Source: Acidobacteriota bacterium
GTDB lineage: Bacteria > Actinomycetota > AC-67
Direction: 5' to 3'
Assembly: GCA_016208485.1 (NCBI GenBank)
Contig: JACQXY010000010.1
Location: 1,431-65,430, forward strand
Length of the DNA stretch: 64,000 bases
Below the pieces are notes generated by a model. That model saw nothing but the letters and a program-made list of their open reading frames with translations, was not told the origin of the DNA and did not search any database. Position 1 is the first letter of the stretch, and each line of letters opens with the position of its first letter. The position numbers and the translations under genes were made by a program. Positions 60,120 to 64,000 of the stretch are shown one piece after another.

Positions 60120-60514
60120 TCGTGCTGGACGCGTCGGCGGCCGTCGATCTGTTGCTCGACACGCAGCCTTTCTCCGGCGCCATCGCCTGCCGACTGCGAG
60201 AGCACGAAGGCGATCTGCACGCTCCGCACCTCCTCGACGCGGAAGTGGCGCAGGTGTTCCGCCGCTACGTCCTGCGAGGGGAGCTGAGCGTGGCGCGAGC
60301 ACGATTGGGGCTCCTTCGTCTGTCCCAGATGCCCCTCGTTCGCTACCCTCACGGGCCGTTTCTCGAGCGCGCGCTCGCGTTGCGCGAGAACCTCACGGTC
60401 TACGATGCCCTCTACCTGGCGCTGGCGGAGGCCCTGGGAGCCGCGCTGCTCACCCGGGACGGAGGGCTTGCCGCCGCTCCCGGCGCGCGCGCGACCGTCA
60501 CCGTTGTCTCCTAG
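60116..60514 (+). CDS. vapC: PIN-domain toxin VapC
   Basis: MIVLDASAAVDLL...VYDALYLALAEALGAALLTRD conserved acidic PIN positions. Confidence 0.75.
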   Translation: MIVLDASAAVDLLLDTQPFSGAIACRLREHEGDLHAPHLLDAEVAQVFRRYVLRGELSVARARLGLLRLSQMPLVRYPHGPFLERALALRENLTVYDALYLALAEALGAALLTRDGGLAAAPGARATVTVVS

Positions 60515-60689
60515 GTAGGCCGCCCGCGGCGGAGTCGGGACCGGTACAATGGCGCGGTTCCGGAGGCGTCGCCTAGGCTGGTCTATGGCGCGGGATTGCT
60601 AATCCCGTTGGGGGGCAACTCCCTCGAGCGTTCAAATCGCTCCGCCTCCGCGTGTGAGAAGATGACGAGAGCGGCGTGCCGCTCTCCGA

Positions 60690-60763
60690 GCGCCCGTAGC
60701 TCAATTGGATAGAGCGTCGGACTACGGATCCGAAGGCTGGGGGTTCAAATCCCTCCGGGCGCA
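60690..60763 (+). tRNA. tRNA-Arg (anticodon ACG)
   Basis: Manual fold: acceptor GCGCCCG/CGGGCGC; D-arm GCTC-AATTGGATA-GAGC; anticodon stem TCGGA/TCCGA with loop CTACGGA; T-arm GCTGG-GGGTTCAAATCC-CTCCGGC region. Confidence 0.8.
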
Positions 60764-61107
60764 CCGCGTGTGGTCGAGGCAAGGTGGAGTTCGGACAGTC
60801 CCCGATCCAGCCGGAGGCGCCGAACCGAACCTGCCTGGTATGCGGCCATCGGCTCCGGGCGCAGCGCCCTCCACTGGTGGCTGGTGTCGCAGATCGGTGT
60901 CCGGATCAGCAGTCGACGCCGACGATTGAGCGGCGGGCGAAGACACAGTCGAGCGTTTCGGGGTCGAGTCTCGCGAAGGGTCCCGTTTCCCGAGCAGCGG
61001 CGATCCTGGCAGCCCCACCGGCCGCGATCAGGTCCGCCGGTTCCCACATGAAGGCGATTGTCACATGCGATTCCTCTTCGCGGGCTGGTGCGCTATGATG
61101 TAACATT

Positions 61108-61422
61108 ATGAAGTACCACCGCACGCAGATCCTGCTCGACCCCGAGGAGCATCGGCGGCTCGTGCGAGAGGCAGCGGAGCGGGGCCTGTCCTTCGCCGCG
61201 TACCTGCGGGAGATCGTGGCGACCCGGGTGGCGGAGGAGGCCACCCCCTACGACGCGCGCTCCTGGGACTCGCTGTTCGGGATCATCTCCGCCGGCGCGC
61301 CGGGCGCGGACTTCGATACCGAGGTCGCCGAGGCGTTCGAGGCCGAGTACCGGCGGGACGTCGGCGCGCGGTCCCGCGCTCCGAAGAAGACCCCAGGGAG
61401 AGCGAGGCGCAGGTTTTCGTGA
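61108..61422 (+). CDS. Ribbon-helix-helix-type antitoxin
   Basis: 104-aa ORF overlapping the downstream PIN gene by 4 nt. Promoter-like AT-rich stretch upstream (gctatgatgtaacattATG). Confidence 0.6.
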   Translation: MKYHRTQILLDPEEHRRLVREAAERGLSFAAYLREIVATRVAEEATPYDARSWDSLFGIISAGAPGADFDTEVAEAFEAEYRRDVGARSRAPKKTPGRARRRFS

Positions 61423-61838
61423 CGCTTCTCATCGACTCGAACGTCCTCGTCGCGGCGGCCGACCGGCGAGACGCGCACAACGGGCGCGCGCGAGCGCTCC
61501 TGTCCGCCGTCACGGCGGAGCGCCCGTTCACGACCGACCACGTCGTGGTCGAGTCCTGGGCGGTGATCAGGCGGAGAGCCGGCTACGAGGCCGCGGAGCG
61601 GTTCCTCGACGGGCTCCGGCGATCGCCGCTCGCGCTCGAGTCGGTGACGCTCGCCGATCTGGAGCGAGCCCGGTGGATTGGAGAGCGCTGGGCGGATCAG
61701 GAGTTCGATCTCGTCGATCGAACCGCGATGGCGGTGATGGAGCGGCTCGGTTGCTCTCGCGTCGCGACCTTCGATCGGGACTTCGCCGTCTACCGCTACG
61801 GTCCGGGGCGCCGGACCGCGTTCGAGGTGCTTTCGTAG
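61419..61838 (+). CDS. vapC: PIN-domain toxin VapC
   Basis: MTLLIDSNVLVAAADRRD...HVVVESWAVI...TFDRDF PIN acidic residues. Confidence 0.75.
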   Translation: MTLLIDSNVLVAAADRRDAHNGRARALLSAVTAERPFTTDHVVVESWAVIRRRAGYEAAERFLDGLRRSPLALESVTLADLERARWIGERWADQEFDLVDRTAMAVMERLGCSRVATFDRDFAVYRYGPGRRTAFEVLS

Positions 61839-61967
61839 CGAGCTGCCGGCCAGCGAGCTACCGGCCCCGCGAGCGAGTACCCGAGCAGAAGGTGTGGACG
61901 CTGCCGGGATCGAGATGAGCATCGCGACCGGCACCGGGGAGGCGGCTGCTTGTGTTGGCCTGCCGGT

Positions 61968-62264
61968 TCAGGAGGCGCGAGTCGTTGCTGAGCGGGTCCG
62001 GCCGGAGAGAGTGAGGCGGAGATCCTCTGCGACCTTCTCGAGCGACACGCGCTCCTCGAGACCCAACCTGTCGGCGAGGACCGACAGCTCGTCCGCGAGA
62101 TCCTCAAGGGTGTCGAGTAGCGCCTCGTACCGGCGGGGGGAGATGACGACGGCGACCGGCCGGCCGTGCCGCACGAGCAGCAGATTGCGCGTCGGGAGCA
62201 TGTTCGTGAGCAGGTCGTTCAGACGACTTCTCGCCTCGCTCACCGGGACCACTTCGTCGCGCAT
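61968..62264 (-). CDS. Phd/YefM-family antitoxin
   Basis: MRDEVVPVSEARSRLNDLLTNMLPTRNLLLVRHGRPVAVVISPRRYEALLD, the canonical Phd/YefM fold sequence. Confidence 0.7.
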   Translation of the reverse strand: MRDEVVPVSEARSRLNDLLTNMLPTRNLLLVRHGRPVAVVISPRRYEALLDTLEDLADELSVLADRLGLEERVSLEKVAEDLRLTLSGRTRSATTRAS

Positions 62265-62407
62265 GAAGACCCCTCATTCCCTTGACGTCGCCTCTGGGGC
62301 TGCCCACGATCGGTTCTGCCTCTCACGAAGTGTAGTCCTGAGCGGAATTCATGTCAATCGCTGATACAGACTTGCGTTCGAACATATGATCGGCTACGAT
62401 TGGGGTT

Positions 62408-62674
62408 ATGGGCCCGTATCGGGTCGTACTATCAAAGACGGCAGAGAAGGAGCTCGGACGTGTGCAACCCGCACGCGTCCGGCAGCGGATCCTCGATGAG
62501 ACCGCCGCTCTCGGCGTGGATCCCACTCCTCCCCATTCCCGGATGATCCGAGGTCGAGCAACCCGGCTCTGCCGAATCAGGGTCGGGCAGTACCGCGTCG
62601 CCTACTGGGTCGATCATGACGACAGGGTTGTGCACGTCACGAAGGTAGGGCATCGGCAGGGTTTCTACTCGTGA
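62408..62674 (+). CDS. RelE/ParE-family toxin
   Basis: YRVVLSKTAEKELGRV...RIRVGQYRVAYWVDHDDRVVHVTKVGHRQ, classic RelE/ParE motifs. Confidence 0.75.
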   Translation: MGPYRVVLSKTAEKELGRVQPARVRQRILDETAALGVDPTPPHSRMIRGRATRLCRIRVGQYRVAYWVDHDDRVVHVTKVGHRQGFYS

Positions 62675-62685
62675 GGGACGGCGCG

Positions 62686-63354
62686 CTACGGCGCCTCGAT
62701 GAGGCGGTTCAGCGCGTCGAGGGTCGCGCGCGCGACGGCGTCGTTCACGTCGCGGCGCACGAGGGCCGACCCGGTCACGAGGTGCTCGCCGCGCGGGGTG
62801 ACGAGCCGAAGGACCGTGACGGCGAGCTGATGGCCGCCGGCCGAGACGATGTCGGCGGCCTGGACGTCTGCGGCCGAGCTGCCGAGGAGCCCGCCGACCG
62901 CGTCCACGATCGCGAGCGCGACCAGGCGGAGCCCGGAGAGAGCCGACCCGTGGGCCGACCCCGTCCGCGTCCCGTCCCCGACGGCGAGGTTCACGGTGAC
63001 GCTCGCCGTCTGCTGCTCGGTGTCGGAGGCGACGCGCACGATGGCCGGCCGCGCGCCGCCGCTCCGTCCGGGCGCCGCCGCGCGCGCGTCGTCGAGCTGC
63101 ACGACGCTCACGGTGCGGTAGTCCACCTCGAGGTTGAAGCTCGCGAGCAGCACGCTCTGCACGTCGCGGACGATCTGCTTCGGGCCTCGCTCGCGGGTCG
63201 CGAGCACGTGCACCTCCGTCACCCGCCCGCTCGGGTTGACCACGACGCGCGCGGACTGGATCCCGGAAATGCGGCCGATCGAGTCCTCGAGCTCCGCGGG
63301 CGAGGCGGTGCCCCGGCCATCGCCGGGGGGCGGTCCGTTGGTCGTCACCCCCAT
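62686..63354 (-). CDS. Hypothetical protein (222 aa)
   Basis: Start refined to the ATG at 63354 preceded by GAGGGTGGAG RBS. The longer track ORFs in this area are artefacts. Confidence 0.45.
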   Translation of the reverse strand: MGVTTNGPPPGDGRGTASPAELEDSIGRISGIQSARVVVNPSGRVTEVHVLATRERGPKQIVRDVQSVLLASFNLEVDYRTVSVVQLDDARAAAPGRSGGARPAIVRVASDTEQQTASVTVNLAVGDGTRTGSAHGSALSGLRLVALAIVDAVGGLLGSSAADVQAADIVSAGGHQLAVTVLRLVTPRGEHLVTGSALVRRDVNDAVARATLDALNRLIEAP

Positions 63355-63441
63355 AGTTTCTCCACCCTCTCGGGTTATTCCTGCGGGCCGTTCCCCTTTG
63401 TCGGGTTCCACCGGTCCCCGACGGGTGGGATGATGCCACTC

Positions 63442-64000
63442 ATGGCCGAGAAAAGCATTGTCGCGGCGCATCCGCCCCGCCGGGCGGCGCTCCCGCCGCT
63501 CGTCTGGGCGGCGCTCGGCTCGGTCTACCTGATCTGGGGCTCCACCTACCTCGCCATCCGCGTGGCGATCAGGACCATCCCTCCCTTCCTGATGGCCTCG
63601 GCGCGTTTCCTCGTCGCCGGCACCGTGCTGTACGCGATCTCGATTCGGCGCGGGGATCGGGAGGGAGACCGGCCGGGCCCGGCGCAGTGGCGCGCCGCCA
63701 CGACCGTGGGCGCGGCGCTCCTCGTGGGCGGGAACGGAGGGGTCGTCTGGGCCGAGCAGCGCGTTCCGTCCTCGATCGTAGCCCTGCTCGTGTCGGCCAT
63801 GCCTCTCTGGATGGCCGCGATCGGGTTCGTCGCGTTCCGCGAGCGCCTGCGGTGGCCTGCCGTCCTGGGGCTCGCGCTCGGCTTCGCCGGCGTCGGGCTG
63901 CTCGTGCGTCCCTCGGGGGGAGGCCGGGTGGATCCCCTCGGGGCCGGGGTCGTCCTGCTCGCGGCGCTCTCTTGGGCCGCGGGCTCGCTCCACTCCCGGA
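63442..64000 (+). CDS. EamA/DMT-family transporter, N-terminal part (gene runs off the right edge)
   Basis: MAEKSIVAAHPPRRAALPPLVWAALGSVYLIWGSTYLAIRVAI...: EamA-type TM helices. No stop inside the window. Confidence 0.6.
   Translation, partial: MAEKSIVAAHPPRRAALPPLVWAALGSVYLIWGSTYLAIRVAIRTIPPFLMASARFLVAGTVLYAISIRRGDREGDRPGPAQWRAATTVGAALLVGGNGGVVWAEQRVPSSIVALLVSAMPLWMAAIGFVAFRERLRWPAVLGLALGFAGVGLLVRPSGGGRVDPLGAGVVLLAALSWAAGSLHSR

Overview
This is a high-GC (about 70-72%) actinobacterial-type chromosomal segment: housekeeping blocks interleaved with accessory, defence and toxin-antitoxin-rich insertions. Because of the GC content the six-frame track is full of long spurious antisense ORFs, so calls below rest on recognisable motifs, gene overlaps (ATGA/GTGA) and context. 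Left to right:

1. Core genes, 1-14400: partial membrane protein gene (1-411, minus), SAM-dependent methyltransferase, mdh, two tandem paralogous S8 subtilisin-like proteases, trpS, a vapC/phd pair, a sensor histidine kinase, and an sdhCDAB operon on the minus strand.

2. Decayed defence island, 15147-22012 (minus strand): the remnants of two DUF1156-type methyltransferase cassettes. One is an out-of-frame fusion of a DUF1156 N-terminus to a DUF499-like C-terminus. The other is a 27-codon DUF1156 N-terminal stub. Each remnant start codon overlaps the stop of an upstream gene by 4 nt (ATGA): the longer one overlaps a HATPase_c_4/wHTH gene, and the 27-codon stub overlaps a ParA-like gene that follows an AlbA_2-HATPase_c_4 gene. 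The island also holds a frameshifted DUF4062 gene and a C-terminal DUF3883 helicase fragment.

3. 22232-34469: methylmalonyl-CoA-mutase-family catalytic subunit; a 3'-truncated histidine kinase abutting a group II intron (RT/maturase IEP); a HepT/DUF86 ORF with no start codon at the intron 3' end; an AbiEi/AbiEii-like (DUF1814) pair; a secreted hypothetical; a DUF433/DUF5615 TA pair; WS/DGAT and a GNAT acetyltransferase.

4. Low-GC (about 55%) island, 34470-37010: a coupled pair of uncharacterised genes (a 339-aa soluble protein followed by a 340-aa protein with 3 TM helices) plus a 59-aa ORF. This is the best candidate here for an undescribed two-gene, defence-like module.

5. 37029-47376: ACAD plus phosphotransferase, an XRE regulator, the conserved pknB-pbpA-rodA-pstP-fhaB-fhaA division cluster, and tRNA-Leu(CAG).

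6. 47588-59559: a Cys-rich secreted internal-repeat protein and an S1 protease-TM-zinc-ribbon protein, followed by metabolic genes (amidohydrolase, alpha/beta hydrolase, ACAD, LLM oxidoreductase, larB-larC, DUF4446, bactofilin, pheA, serS).

7. 59570-64000: hexamer microsatellite and palindromes; tRNA-Ser(UGA) and tRNA-Arg(ACG) interleaved with two VapBC pairs; a divergently arranged Phd and RelE; a hypothetical; a partial EamA transporter.

No CRISPR array and no rRNA were seen.
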